Shown: positions 20,601 through 29,204 of the stretch, piece after piece | Numbering within the stretch: position 1 is the first letter of the stretch | Layout: each line of letters opens with the position of its first letter | NCBI GenBank assembly: GCA_016194865.1 | Contig: JACQAT010000005.1 | Coordinates: 12,358-76,357 of the forward strand | Origin: Chloroflexota bacterium | GTDB lineage: Bacteria; Chloroflexota; Limnocylindria; P2-11E | Reading direction: 5' to 3' | Length of the DNA: 64,000 bases | Translations under genes and position numbers: made by a program | The notes under the pieces: generated by a model | Told to the model about the DNA's origin: nothing | The model's input: the letters and a program-made list of their open reading frames with translations, nothing else | Databases searched by the model: none

Positions 20601-21321
20601 GCACGGCGAGCTCCAGAACGTGCCCGACGTCCACGCCGACACGCGGTTCGTGGGACCGCCCGACATCCGCTCGAGCCTGATCGTGCCCCTCCGCATGGGC
20701 GATGAGCGCGTCGGGGTGCTCGGCATCGAGAGCACCCGCAGGGATGCATTCACGCGGGACGACGAGGATCTCCTCACCGCGGTCTCGCACCAGATCGCGG
20801 CGTCGATCAGGGTCGCGCGGCTGCATCGCGCCGCGCAGACGGCGGCCACCACTGATGCGCTGACGGGCCTACCGAATCGCCGCGTCTTCCTCGACAAGCT
20901 CAGCGTCGGCGTCGCGCGCAGCGCCGACGGGATCGCTCTCTCAGTGGCCGTCGTCGACGTGAACCTGCTGAAGGCGGTCAATGACCATTGGGGGCATGCT
21001 GCCGGCGACAAGGCATTGGAGCTGATCGGGGAGGTGCTCGCCTCCGGCGTGCGCGGAGACGATACGGTCACGCGTATCGGCGGGGATGAGTTCGGGATCG
21101 TGTTCCCGGGGGCGCCGCTGCTCGCGGCCGAGCGGATCATGCGTCGGCTCGCTGAGCAGATCGCCTCGAGCGAGCTGGCCGACGGCAAGCCGCTGCCGAC
21201 CATCGCCTGGGGGATCGCGAGCGCGCCGGGCGAGCACCTGACCGCCGACGCGATATTCGATGCCGCGGACAGGGCGATGTATCGGCAGAAGGAGCAGATG
21301 CGCCGGCGCTCCGCCGGATAG
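17653..21321 (+). CDS. Membrane-anchored multi-GAF protein with HD-GYP and GGDEF domains
   Basis: N-terminal TM helices, several GAF segments, HDIGKIG and HHERNDGGGYP, then DALTGLPNRR and RIGGDEF. Confidence 0.92.
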   Translation: MSGSRSETSLLRDPMLLARIVGALGGVLWVALVWQVVLPLAALGLLLLVASSVFWASWRVRQGRDAGFRGMPLPVVAADMAAAAVWMAATANDPNGSISFGLVLAAGTEAIFRLGRRGLPLIAITYALGRIGSEVVRAAYEMPFDLGRDLREAFVVALILIIVGVVASTFRNEERRSLRALERAQSLERVAAEIGTQVDPEAVLLSIPRTVRGVVDVDHAALIVHRGHEYEIVAGAGTAEAVVGVRAGGDQGIVGDVVRERRSVLLADYQAHPTAVRRVKGVGLRAVLAVPIFVQREIAAVLMVGRLAADRPFDDEDRVALEGFASHAAIALTNARAIYQARRLEVVGRMVASEGSPEEVVVRLAEHAASAFNAEFVQISEVRGDRIRVLAAIGAAAPLADSPERPIGVLAQRTVSARSLVVTDDYLTEYGAGMTGLPKQIGLHAAMSAPALIDGRVAAVFIVGTTDPDRAFDLIDRQGMIAFGESTGAALRAAAQRRERERRIQRLTALNGLAGELSLVRDPLRIARLAWETAGQLVPRDAFYVARYDDRTKDFHFILQEDSGNVEVEDRAGDSWSDELRVPLGTGPTSQVVLTGEPYVTRRQDDPVQHGARRYGSPRKSASAMHVPLRIAGRTVGVLSSQSYTPNAFDDEDVAVLQSLANLVAAAFETSEHLARMRELYLASVKALAAAVDARDPYTRSHSARVAALSRIIAEEMQLPSDEIRRVQLGALLHDIGKIGIPDAILNKPAALTDEEWVIMKTHSSLGASILAAVEPLRDLVPIVKCHHERNDGGGYPDGLRGEQVPLSAYIVSAADAFEVIVSRRAYKAAQTIEYAVSELLRCRGTQFSPVVVDAFLRVIERDRVEGTVRLARVGSIEHEDIEDVPGPGEVLERYAARSQTRTRQLAILQRLASEISAVLDLDELGGRLLKIVCEANGYENGFLTTLAENGEHLVVVAANGPSIDYVGQTLARGQGISWWVLEHGELQNVPDVHADTRFVGPPDIRSSLIVPLRMGDERVGVLGIESTRRDAFTRDDEDLLTAVSHQIAASIRVARLHRAAQTAATTDALTGLPNRRVFLDKLSVGVARSADGIALSVAVVDVNLLKAVNDHWGHAAGDKALELIGEVLASGVRGDDTVTRIGGDEFGIVFPGAPLLAAERIMRRLAEQIASSELADGKPLPTIAWGIASAPGEHLTADAIFDAADRAMYRQKEQMRRRSAG

Positions 21322-21354
21322 CGCCGGGTACACTTCGTCCCTACCGGCACCACG

Positions 21355-21386
21355 ACGCCGCTCGTCCTTGGACGAGGCGGCGTTTT
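21355..21386 (+). terminator. Terminator-like hairpin in valS leader (possible T-box remnant)
   Basis: ACGCCGCTCGTC-CTTG-GACGAGGCGGCGT followed by a T run, about 30 nt upstream of the valS ATG. Confidence 0.6.
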
Positions 21387-21415
21387 GATTTCACGCGGAA
21401 AGGGAGGTCGCGCAC

Positions 21416-24145
21416 ATGACGAAGCAGCTGCCGCCACCCGCCTCAGCGCTCGGGCATGCCGAGAAGAACTTCAAGCCATCAGTCGTCGAGCGCGATCTCT
21501 ACGCCTGGTGGGAGGAGAGCGGCTTCTTCACGCCTGCCCCCGACGCGCAAGTGGGGGGTCCTCGGGGGACGACCACCGGGGGGCTTCGCCCCCCGAGCAC
21601 CCCCCGCAAGAACGCGTTTGTGATGATGCTGCCGCTGCCCAACGTGACCGGCGACCTGCACCTCGGGCACGCGCTCGGCTTCGGCGGGTACGAGGACCTC
21701 ATGGCGCGCTGGCACCGGATGCGCGGCGAGCCGACGCTCTACATGCCCGGCAACGACCACGCCGGGATCATCGCGCAGATCGTCGTCGAGAAGGAGCTCG
21801 CGAAGCAGGGCATCGGGAAGCAGGGGCTGACGCGCGAGCAGTTCCTCGCGGAGATGTGGAAATGGATGGACCACTACCGCCCGCGCAACAACGCGCAGCT
21901 GCGGATGCTGGGCTGCTCGCTGGACTGGTCGCGCGAGAACTTCACCATGGCGCCCGACAAGCAGCGCGCGGTCCGCGTGCACTTCATCCGGCTGTACAGG
22001 AAGGGCCATCTCTACCGCGCCGACCGGATCGTGCACTGGTGCCTGACCTGCCGGACCACCTACTCCGACCTCGAGGTGCGGCACGTGGAGCGCACCGATC
22101 CGCTCTATTACGTCCGCTACCCCTGGGCCGACGGCGGGAAGGGGCTCCCCGACGTCGTGATCGCGACGACCCGGCCCGAGACGATCCTCGCGGACGTCGC
22201 GGTCGCGGTGCACCCGGACGACCCGCGCTGGAAGGACGCGATCGGGCATGACGTGCTCGTGCCCATCGCGGAGCGCAGGGTCAAGGTCATCGCCGACGAG
22301 GCGGTCGACCCCGCGTTCGGCACGGGCGCGCTCAAGATCACGCCCGGCCACGACCAGACGGACTTCGAGATCGGCCAGCGGCACGGGCTGCCGGTCCTGA
22401 TGGTCATCGACACCAAGGGCCGCATGATGCCGAGCGCCGCCGTGCTCGCGGGACGCGACCGCAACAGCGGGCGCGTCGAGATGGTCGAGCGCCTGAAGAA
22501 GGCCGGGCTCCTGATGAAGGAGGAGCCACTGACGCACGCCGTCGGCGTGCACGACCGCTGCGACACGGTCGACGAGCCGCTGGTGATGAAGCAGTGGTGG
22601 ATGCGCATGGCGCCGCTCGCCGCGCCCGCCATCGCGGCGGTGCGCGACGGTCGCATCCGCATCGTCCCGCCGAAGTTCGAGAAGGTCTACTTCAACTGGA
22701 TGGAGAACATCCGCGATTGGTCCATCTCGCGCCAGATCTGGTGGGGCCATTCGATCCCGGCGTGGTTCTGCCGGGACTGCGACGAGGTCGTCGTGCCCGA
22801 TGAGGACGCGCCCGACCCCACGCGCTGCCCGCGCTGCGGGTCGACCGACCTCACGCAGGATCCCGACGTGCTCGACACCTGGTTCTCGAGCGCGCTGTGG
22901 CCGTTCTCGACGCTCGGCTGGCCGGATCGCACCAGGGATCTCGCGCGGTACTACCCCGGCGGCGTGCTCGAGACGGGCTACGACATCCTGTTCTTCTGGG
23001 TCGCGCGGATGATCATGATGGGCATCGAGCACATGGGCGACGTCCCGTTCCACACCGTGTACCTGCACGGCCTCGTGCGGACGGGGACGGAGAAGATGAG
23101 CAAGTCGAAGGGCAACGTGACGAGCCCCGTCGGCATCATCGAGGAGCACGGCGCGGACGCGCTCCGCTTCGCGCTCGTGAACGGCGTGTCCGCCGGCGCC
23201 GACAGCCAGTTCTCCGACGCCAAGCTCCAGAACGCGCGGAACTTCGGGAACAAGCTGTGGAACATCGGGCGCTTCATCCTGCGGCAGCTCGAGACGCATC
23301 CCAACGCGCTTCGCGGCTGGAGCATCGACCAGCGGCCTGAAGTCCACTCAGAGACCGAGCGCTGGGTGCTTTCGAGAACGGAAGCGACCGTGGCCGAGGC
23401 GACGCGCCTCATCGACCAGTACCTCTTCGGCGAGTACGTCGGCCTCATGCAGCAGTTCGTGTGGGGGGAGCTGGCCGACGTGTACGTGGAGCTCGCGAAG
23501 GCGGGCCTGCGGGATGACGCCCGACGGACAGAGGTCGCCCGGACGCTCGCGTACGCGCTCGACCGCGTGCTGCGGCTGCTGCACCCGGTCATGCCGTTCA
23601 TCACCGACACGCTGGCGCTCCAGCTCTGGCGCATGGGCACGAAGGCGGATCCCGCGCCGTCGCTGGTGATCGCGCGCTGGCCCGAGGCGGGCGCGCGCGA
23701 CATCGATCTGGAGGATCGCTTCGCGCTCTTGAATGACGTGGTGAGGGCCGTCAGGAATCTCCGCCAGGAAGCGGGTGTCGATCCGGGCGCGCGCGCCACC
23801 GTTTCGTTGGGTGGCGACACGAAGGCCATCGCGTGGGCGGCCGCGAACATCGCCTCGCTCACGAACGCCGACGTGACGTTCGGATCCGGCGAGGGCAGCG
23901 CCGCGGTGGTGCGAACGGTCGAGGTCCGCGTCGCGGTGCCTCGCGACGCGGCCGGCGAGCGCGCGCGGATCGAGAGGGAGCTCGCCGACGGGCGCACGGC
24001 GCTCGCGCGGTCCAAGGAGCTCCTTGGCGGCCCGGCGTTCGCCGGGAAGGCACCGCCCGCCGTCGTTGACCGCGAGCGCGCGCGTCTGGCGGAGCGCGAG
24101 GAGCGGGTGCGCCTGCTCGAAGCGGAGCTGCGGCGACTCGGCTGA
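21416..24145 (+). CDS. valS: Valine--tRNA ligase
   Basis: PNVTGDLHLGH (HIGH), TTRPET, GTGALKITPGHD, DWSISRQIWWGH, KMSKSKGN, C-terminal coiled coil; GGAGGT RBS. Confidence 0.97.
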   Translation: MTKQLPPPASALGHAEKNFKPSVVERDLYAWWEESGFFTPAPDAQVGGPRGTTTGGLRPPSTPRKNAFVMMLPLPNVTGDLHLGHALGFGGYEDLMARWHRMRGEPTLYMPGNDHAGIIAQIVVEKELAKQGIGKQGLTREQFLAEMWKWMDHYRPRNNAQLRMLGCSLDWSRENFTMAPDKQRAVRVHFIRLYRKGHLYRADRIVHWCLTCRTTYSDLEVRHVERTDPLYYVRYPWADGGKGLPDVVIATTRPETILADVAVAVHPDDPRWKDAIGHDVLVPIAERRVKVIADEAVDPAFGTGALKITPGHDQTDFEIGQRHGLPVLMVIDTKGRMMPSAAVLAGRDRNSGRVEMVERLKKAGLLMKEEPLTHAVGVHDRCDTVDEPLVMKQWWMRMAPLAAPAIAAVRDGRIRIVPPKFEKVYFNWMENIRDWSISRQIWWGHSIPAWFCRDCDEVVVPDEDAPDPTRCPRCGSTDLTQDPDVLDTWFSSALWPFSTLGWPDRTRDLARYYPGGVLETGYDILFFWVARMIMMGIEHMGDVPFHTVYLHGLVRTGTEKMSKSKGNVTSPVGIIEEHGADALRFALVNGVSAGADSQFSDAKLQNARNFGNKLWNIGRFILRQLETHPNALRGWSIDQRPEVHSETERWVLSRTEATVAEATRLIDQYLFGEYVGLMQQFVWGELADVYVELAKAGLRDDARRTEVARTLAYALDRVLRLLHPVMPFITDTLALQLWRMGTKADPAPSLVIARWPEAGARDIDLEDRFALLNDVVRAVRNLRQEAGVDPGARATVSLGGDTKAIAWAAANIASLTNADVTFGSGEGSAAVVRTVEVRVAVPRDAAGERARIERELADGRTALARSKELLGGPAFAGKAPPAVVDRERARLAEREERVRLLEAELRRLG
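21551..21607. repeat. 57-bp imperfect palindrome inserted in frame in valS
   Basis: GTGGGGGGT-C-CTCGGGGG pairs with CCCCCGAG-C-ACCCCCCGC, with an inner CGGGGGG-CTTCG-CCCCCCG hairpin. Encodes VGGPRGTTTGGLRPPSTPR. Confidence 0.75.
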
Positions 24146-24247
24146 CCCGCACGCGGCGCTTTTGCGATCGCGAGCTATACCGAAGCACCACGCCGCCGAT
24201 ACCGCTCTACCACCGACACGGCGGCGTCGATCGTTAGGTTGGCTCAT

Positions 24248-24655
24248 GTGAGAACGAGATCACGCTTCGCGCTGGTCGCTCACGACGGTCGCAAGGACGA
24301 CCTGCTCCAGTGGGCGCGCTGGAACCACGAGCTGCTCTCGCGGGTGCAGCTCTTCGCGACCAAGCGGACAGGCGAGCTCGTCAGCGAGGCGACCGGCCTC
24401 CGCGTCAGCCTCCTCCAGAGCGGCGAGATGGGCGGGGACGCTCAGATCAGCGCGATGATCGTCAAGGGCGAGCTCGACGTGCTCGTGTTCTTCTGGGATC
24501 CGCTCGCGATCCAGCCGCACGCGGCGGACGTGCGCAGCCTGATCCGGCTGGCCGTGCTGCACGACGTGGCGCTCGCGTGCAACCGGCGAAGCGCCGATCT
24601 GCTCGTCACCTCGCCGCTGCTGCTCGACACCCACCCCCTCGGGGCCATCGCCTAA
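24248..24655 (+). CDS. mgsA: Methylglyoxal synthase
   Basis: ALVAHD..K, GGDAQI, FFWDPL..QPH..DV..L.RL motifs. Start is GTG 24248 or TTG 24239. Confidence 0.9.
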   Translation: MRTRSRFALVAHDGRKDDLLQWARWNHELLSRVQLFATKRTGELVSEATGLRVSLLQSGEMGGDAQISAMIVKGELDVLVFFWDPLAIQPHAADVRSLIRLAVLHDVALACNRRSADLLVTSPLLLDTHPLGAIA

Positions 24656-26280
24656 CCCGTGGCGTACAGCTCGTCGCCGAGCTTGCGATTCTCCTCGGGG
24701 TCGATGGGGACCGCGACGATCGAGGGCCCCTCATCGGCTAGCGCCCGCCTAAGCGTGGGTCCGAGGTCCGCGGCGCTCACCACTGCGTGGCCGGCGAGGC
24801 CGAAGGCCCGCGCGAGCTGGACCAGATCGGGATTCCCGAACGCGATGCCGCCGCTCCGTCCGAAGCGGCGTTCCTGATTGGCCTCGATGACGCCGTAGCG
24901 GCCGTCCACGAGCACGACGCAGACGAACGACGTCCCCAGGCGCTTCGCGGTCTCCAGCTCCTGCACGTTCATCAGGAACCCGCCGTCGCCGCAGAACGCG
25001 ACGACCTTTCGCTCGGGGTACACGAGCTTCGCCGCGATCGCGCCCGGGAGCGCGATGCCCATCGGCGCGTAGCCGTTCGCGATGATCACGGTGTTCGGCT
25101 GGTGGGCCGGGAACAGCCGCGAGAGCCAGACCTTGTGCGCGCCGACGTCCGAGATGACGATGCCCTCGTCGGGCATGGCGGCGCGCAGCTCCGCGACGAC
25201 GCGCCGTGGCCAGAGCGGGAACGCGTCGTCGCCGGGCACGCGCAGGTCGCGCGGCCGCGGTGAGATGGCGGCTCGCGGCTTGACCAGTGGCAGCAGCGCG
25301 TCGAGCGAATCCGCGATCTCCCCAACGACCTCGACGGCACTGAGGTAGCTCGCGTCGACCTCCGCCGGCGTGCTGTCGACGTGGACGACGCGCTTGCTGC
25401 CCTTCGGGTTCCAGAGCGAGGGCGCCCACTCGACGAGGTCGTAGCCGATCGCGACGACGAGGTCCGCCTGCTCGAGCTCCTCGAGGCTCGCCAGGTCCGC
25501 GCCCTTGCGCTGCAGGCCGACGGCGGGCAGCGCGTTCGGGTCGCGATCGTCGAGCGCGCCCTTCGCCATGAACGTGTGCGTCGTGGGAAGGCGGATCGCC
25601 GTGATGAACCGTCGCAGCGCGGCGACCGCGCTGTGTCCCGCGGCGTCGCGGCGAACGACGCCGTTGCCGACGAGCGCGATCGGGTGCGTCGCCTCGTTGA
25701 TCGCGTCCGCCGCGCTCTTGACCGCGTCGTCGCGCGCGGCGCCGTACTTCGTGCGACGCACCTCGATGGGCCGCGCGCGCACCTCGCGCTCGGCGACGTC
25801 CTCGGGCAGCTCGACGTGCGTCGCGCCTGGCTTCTCGAGCCGAGCGAGACGGAACGCCTTGCGCATGATCTCGGGCGTCGTCTCGGGGAGCTCGATGCGC
25901 GCGTTCCACTTCACGACCGGCGCGAACATCGCGAGCACGTCGACGTACTGGTGGGACTCCTTGTGGATCCGCTCGAGGCCGGCCTGCCCGGTGATCGCGA
26001 CGAGCGGCGCGCGATCGAGCGTCGCGTCCGCGACGCCCGTCAATAGATTGGTCGCCCCCGGACCGAGCGTGGCCAGGCACACACCGGGATAGCTCGAGAG
26101 GCGCCCGTAGACGTCGGCCATGAACGCGGCGCCCTGCTCGTGGCGCACGACGACCGACTGGATCTGCGCGCTGTCCTCGAGGGCGAGCCCCAGCGCGAGC
26201 GTCTCCTCGCCGGGCAGGCCGAAGACATGATGGACGCCCTCATTCTCCAGGCAGCGGACGACGAGCTCGGCGACGTTCAC
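24652..26280 (-). CDS. Acetolactate synthase large subunit-like ThDP enzyme
   Basis: RHEQGAAFMAD, TLGPGATN, DVGAHK and GDGGFLMN (ThDP-binding) motifs. Confidence 0.92.
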   Translation of the reverse strand: MNVAELVVRCLENEGVHHVFGLPGEETLALGLALEDSAQIQSVVVRHEQGAAFMADVYGRLSSYPGVCLATLGPGATNLLTGVADATLDRAPLVAITGQAGLERIHKESHQYVDVLAMFAPVVKWNARIELPETTPEIMRKAFRLARLEKPGATHVELPEDVAEREVRARPIEVRRTKYGAARDDAVKSAADAINEATHPIALVGNGVVRRDAAGHSAVAALRRFITAIRLPTTHTFMAKGALDDRDPNALPAVGLQRKGADLASLEELEQADLVVAIGYDLVEWAPSLWNPKGSKRVVHVDSTPAEVDASYLSAVEVVGEIADSLDALLPLVKPRAAISPRPRDLRVPGDDAFPLWPRRVVAELRAAMPDEGIVISDVGAHKVWLSRLFPAHQPNTVIIANGYAPMGIALPGAIAAKLVYPERKVVAFCGDGGFLMNVQELETAKRLGTSFVCVVLVDGRYGVIEANQERRFGRSGGIAFGNPDLVQLARAFGLAGHAVVSAADLGPTLRRALADEGPSIVAVPIDPEENRKLGDELYATG

Positions 26281-26284
26281 GTCG

Positions 26285-27682
26285 CTATTCGGCGGCCGCC
26301 ACCTTGACGGGCTCCTTCGCCGGTCCGACCCACACGGTCTGGATGTTCACGAACTCCTTGATGCCGTAGCTCGAGAGCTCGCGCCCGTACCCGCTGTTCT
26401 TCACTCCACCGAAGGGCAGCCTCGGATCGGATGCCACCATCCCGTTGATGAAGACCGATCCCGACTCGATCCGGTGCGTCAGCTCCTTCGCGAGCTTCAT
26501 GTCACGCGTCCACAGCGCGGAGCCGAGGCCGTACGGCGAGCTGTTCGCGATGCGGACCGCCTCGTCCGCGTCCTTCACGACGCGGAGCGCCGCGACCGGG
26601 CCGAACGTCTCCTCCTTGAGGACCGGCATCTCGTCCGTCACGTCCGCGAGCAGCGTCGGCTCGTAGAACCAGCCCTTTCCGGGGCGTCGCTTGCCACCGA
26701 CGACGACCCTCGCGCCCATCTTCACCGAGGCCGTGACCTGTCGCTCCAGCGTCGCGCGCAGGTCCTCACGCGCGAGCGGCCCGACCTGGGTCTTCGGGTC
26801 GAGCGGATCGCCGACGCGCAGCGCCTTGATGCCTTCCGCGAACAGCCGCTCGAACTCCTTCGCGACGCCGCCTGTCACGAGGAAGCGCTTCGCCGCGATG
26901 CACGACTGCCCCGCGTTCTGATTGCGTGCGCGCGTCGCGGTCTGCGCGGCGGCGGCGATGTCGGCGTCGTCGAGGACGATGAACGGGTCCGATCCGCCGA
27001 GCTCGAGCACCGCCTTCTTGAGGTTGCGGCCGGCGAGCTCCGCGATGCGCGCGCCGGTGTCCGAGCTTCCGGTCAGCGTGACCGCGCGGATCCGGTCGTC
27101 GGCGATGAGCGGCTCGACCTGGGCGCCGCTCAGCAGCAGCGTGCGGAGCAGGCCCGTCGGGAAGCCGGCATCGCGCACGACCTCCTCGGCGGCGATCGCG
27201 CACTGCGGCACGTTGGAGGCGTGCTTGAGCACCGCCGCGTTGCCCGCCATGAAGGCCGGCGCGGCGAAGCGGAAGACCTGCCAGAAGGGGAAGTTCCAGG
27301 GCATGATGGCGAGGATCACGCCGAGCGGCCCGAACCGGACCAGGCTCTCGGACGCGTTCGTCTTCACGTGCTCGGTCTCGAGATACGCACCTGCCCGCTC
27401 GGCAAAATGCTCGGCGCCGAAGGCGCACTTCTCGATCTCGGCGATCGCCTCGCTGATCGGCTTGCCCATCTCGAGCGTCGCGAGGCGCGCGTAGCGTTCC
27501 TTGCGCTCGCGCAGCAGGGTCGCGAGCGCGCGCATCGGTTTCGCGCGCGCCTCGATCGGCACGTCGCGCCAGGCCTCGAACGCGCTCTGGGCCTCGTGGA
27601 GCGCGGCCTCGACCTGGGCGGGCGTATGGGTCTCGTAGCGCTTGAGGGTCTCTTCGGTTGCTGGGTTGACTGATTCGATCAT
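26285..27682 (-). CDS. NAD-dependent succinate-semialdehyde dehydrogenase (Sad/GabD1-like)
   Basis: MPWNFPFWQ, LELGGSDP, NAGQSCIAAKR, EETFGP, PFGGVKNSGYGRE. Confidence 0.92.
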   Translation of the reverse strand: MIESVNPATEETLKRYETHTPAQVEAALHEAQSAFEAWRDVPIEARAKPMRALATLLRERKERYARLATLEMGKPISEAIAEIEKCAFGAEHFAERAGAYLETEHVKTNASESLVRFGPLGVILAIMPWNFPFWQVFRFAAPAFMAGNAAVLKHASNVPQCAIAAEEVVRDAGFPTGLLRTLLLSGAQVEPLIADDRIRAVTLTGSSDTGARIAELAGRNLKKAVLELGGSDPFIVLDDADIAAAAQTATRARNQNAGQSCIAAKRFLVTGGVAKEFERLFAEGIKALRVGDPLDPKTQVGPLAREDLRATLERQVTASVKMGARVVVGGKRRPGKGWFYEPTLLADVTDEMPVLKEETFGPVAALRVVKDADEAVRIANSSPYGLGSALWTRDMKLAKELTHRIESGSVFINGMVASDPRLPFGGVKNSGYGRELSSYGIKEFVNIQTVWVGPAKEPVKVAAAE

Positions 27683-27695
27683 GTGACCTCTTTTT

Positions 27696-27782
27696 CGCGC
27701 TCGGCGCTTCGGCGCTGCCTCAGCGCCTCGACTGCCTGCTCAGGGCTGGTGGTCCTCGCTCGTCGGGCTCAGCCCTCCTCGC
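27696..27782 (-). repeat. Palindromic intergenic repeat (family shared with 34450 and 37296)
   Basis: Minus strand GCGAGGAGGGCTGAGCCCGACGAGCGAGGACCACCAGCCCTGAGCAGGCAGTCGAG..., directly after a stop codon. Confidence 0.6.
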
Positions 27783-29114
27783 TCAGGGATTGTCTTTCAA
27801 GATGGCGTTCGCGCGCGCGCCGGCGTCCTTGAGGGCACGATCGAGGTCGGGGATGGGGCGAGTGGCGACGCTGACGAGCAGCTCCTCGATCACCGCGCGG
27901 ATGTCGAGCGACCCGCGGACGTTGGGCTCCGGCACGCTCGCGCTCGCGAGGTCGAACGCCTGCTTGCCCTGGGTGTCGGTGCCCCAGACCCTCTTCAGCG
28001 CGTCTGTGGTCGACGCGCTCTTCCGCAGCGGCAAACCCGCGGTCGCGGCCGACCACTCGGCGGTCTGCTCCTTGTCGCTGAACCAGCGGACGAACAGCCA
28101 GGCCGCGAGCTGCTTCTCGGGCGTGCTCCGGTAGACGACGACGCTCGGCCCGTACGCGATCGTGCGGCCGCGTGTCGCGTCGCTCTGCGGCACGCTCTGC
28201 AGGCTCCAGGGGACGGGCGTGCGCATCGCCGCGGTCAGGAACGGGCGGAAGCTCGATGACTCGTGGACGAACGCGACCCTGCCGGCGGCGAAGTCCGTCT
28301 CGTAGTCGAAGCCCTTCGGCACGTACGCGACCTGCTCGCCCAGGAGCTTCTGGAAGAGCTGGAGCGAGTCGAGGCCCTCGCGGCCATCCCACGCGACGGT
28401 CCTGCCGTCGTCGCTCAGCAGCTTGCCGCCGCGCGACACGACCCACGACTCGAACGTCGACGCGCCGAGCGTGACCGCCCAGCCGGAGCGCGCGGCCCTC
28501 CCATCCGGGCCGCGCTTGGTGGCCGCGCGCGCGACGTCCTCGAACTCGGACCACGTCCGCGGGGCGGTGCGGTTGATCTCGCGCAGCAGCGCGTCGTTCT
28601 GGTACATCGCCGCGATCGCGCGCTGGAACGGGAAGCTGAGCAGCTGCCCGCCGAACTGCACGTAGCGCTCGCCGTCGAGGAAGCTCTTGAAGAGATCGTC
28701 CTGGCTTGCCCTGTCGAGGCCGTTCTTGCGGCTGGCGACGTAGGGATCCAGCGGGACGACGAGCCCGGTCTTCTGCATGTCAGAGACGAAGGCCGCGTAC
28801 GCGGTGCTGAGCTCGGGGAGCGTCCCCGCCTGCACCGCCGCGAGCGTCTTCTGCTGCGCCTGCGCATAGCTGCCCTGATAGATGGGGTGAACGGTGATCT
28901 TCTCGGGATTCGAGGTGTTGAACTTCGCGATCAGCGCCTGCAGGGCATTCTCATTGGCGCCCGTGAGCGAATGCCAGAACGTGATCTCGACCGGGCCGCT
29001 CAGCGTGATGTCGGCGATGGTCGTGGCCTGCGGCGCGGGTGGCGCGGTCTGCTGCTGCTGCTGCTCGGTGCAGGCCGACGCGAGGAGGACGATCGTGAGG
29101 AGGATGCGTCGCAC
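27783..29114 (-). CDS. Carbohydrate ABC transporter substrate-binding lipoprotein
   Basis: Lipobox LASAC, ITFWH, PRTWSEF, PEKQLAAWLFVRWF; GTG 29114. Confidence 0.88.
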   Translation of the reverse strand: MRRILLTIVLLASACTEQQQQQTAPPAPQATTIADITLSGPVEITFWHSLTGANENALQALIAKFNTSNPEKITVHPIYQGSYAQAQQKTLAAVQAGTLPELSTAYAAFVSDMQKTGLVVPLDPYVASRKNGLDRASQDDLFKSFLDGERYVQFGGQLLSFPFQRAIAAMYQNDALLREINRTAPRTWSEFEDVARAATKRGPDGRAARSGWAVTLGASTFESWVVSRGGKLLSDDGRTVAWDGREGLDSLQLFQKLLGEQVAYVPKGFDYETDFAAGRVAFVHESSSFRPFLTAAMRTPVPWSLQSVPQSDATRGRTIAYGPSVVVYRSTPEKQLAAWLFVRWFSDKEQTAEWSAATAGLPLRKSASTTDALKRVWGTDTQGKQAFDLASASVPEPNVRGSLDIRAVIEELLVSVATRPIPDLDRALKDAGARANAILKDNP

Positions 29115-29148
29115 GCCTTGATTGTGCGTCCAACGGCGCGCGGAACGC

Positions 29149-29178
29149 GAAGGGCCGCTCCACAAGGAGCGGCCCTTC
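29149..29178. terminator. Perfect 13-bp hairpin (terminator or mRNA stabiliser)
   Basis: GAAGGGCCGCTCC-ACAA-GGAGCGGCCCTTC between the two substrate-binding protein genes. Confidence 0.7.
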
Positions 29179-29204
29179 TCAACACCTGCGAGGGATACGC
29201 CGAG

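Noticed and set aside
24146-24235. Hairpin ACGCCGCCG...CGGCGGCGT after valS as an ncRNA
   Set aside because: A single stem with a large loop and no recognisable family; probably a terminator or stabiliser.
29049-29063. (CAG)5 microsatellite as a phase-variation tract
   Set aside because: A triplet unit in the lipoprotein linker cannot shift frame and the tract is short.
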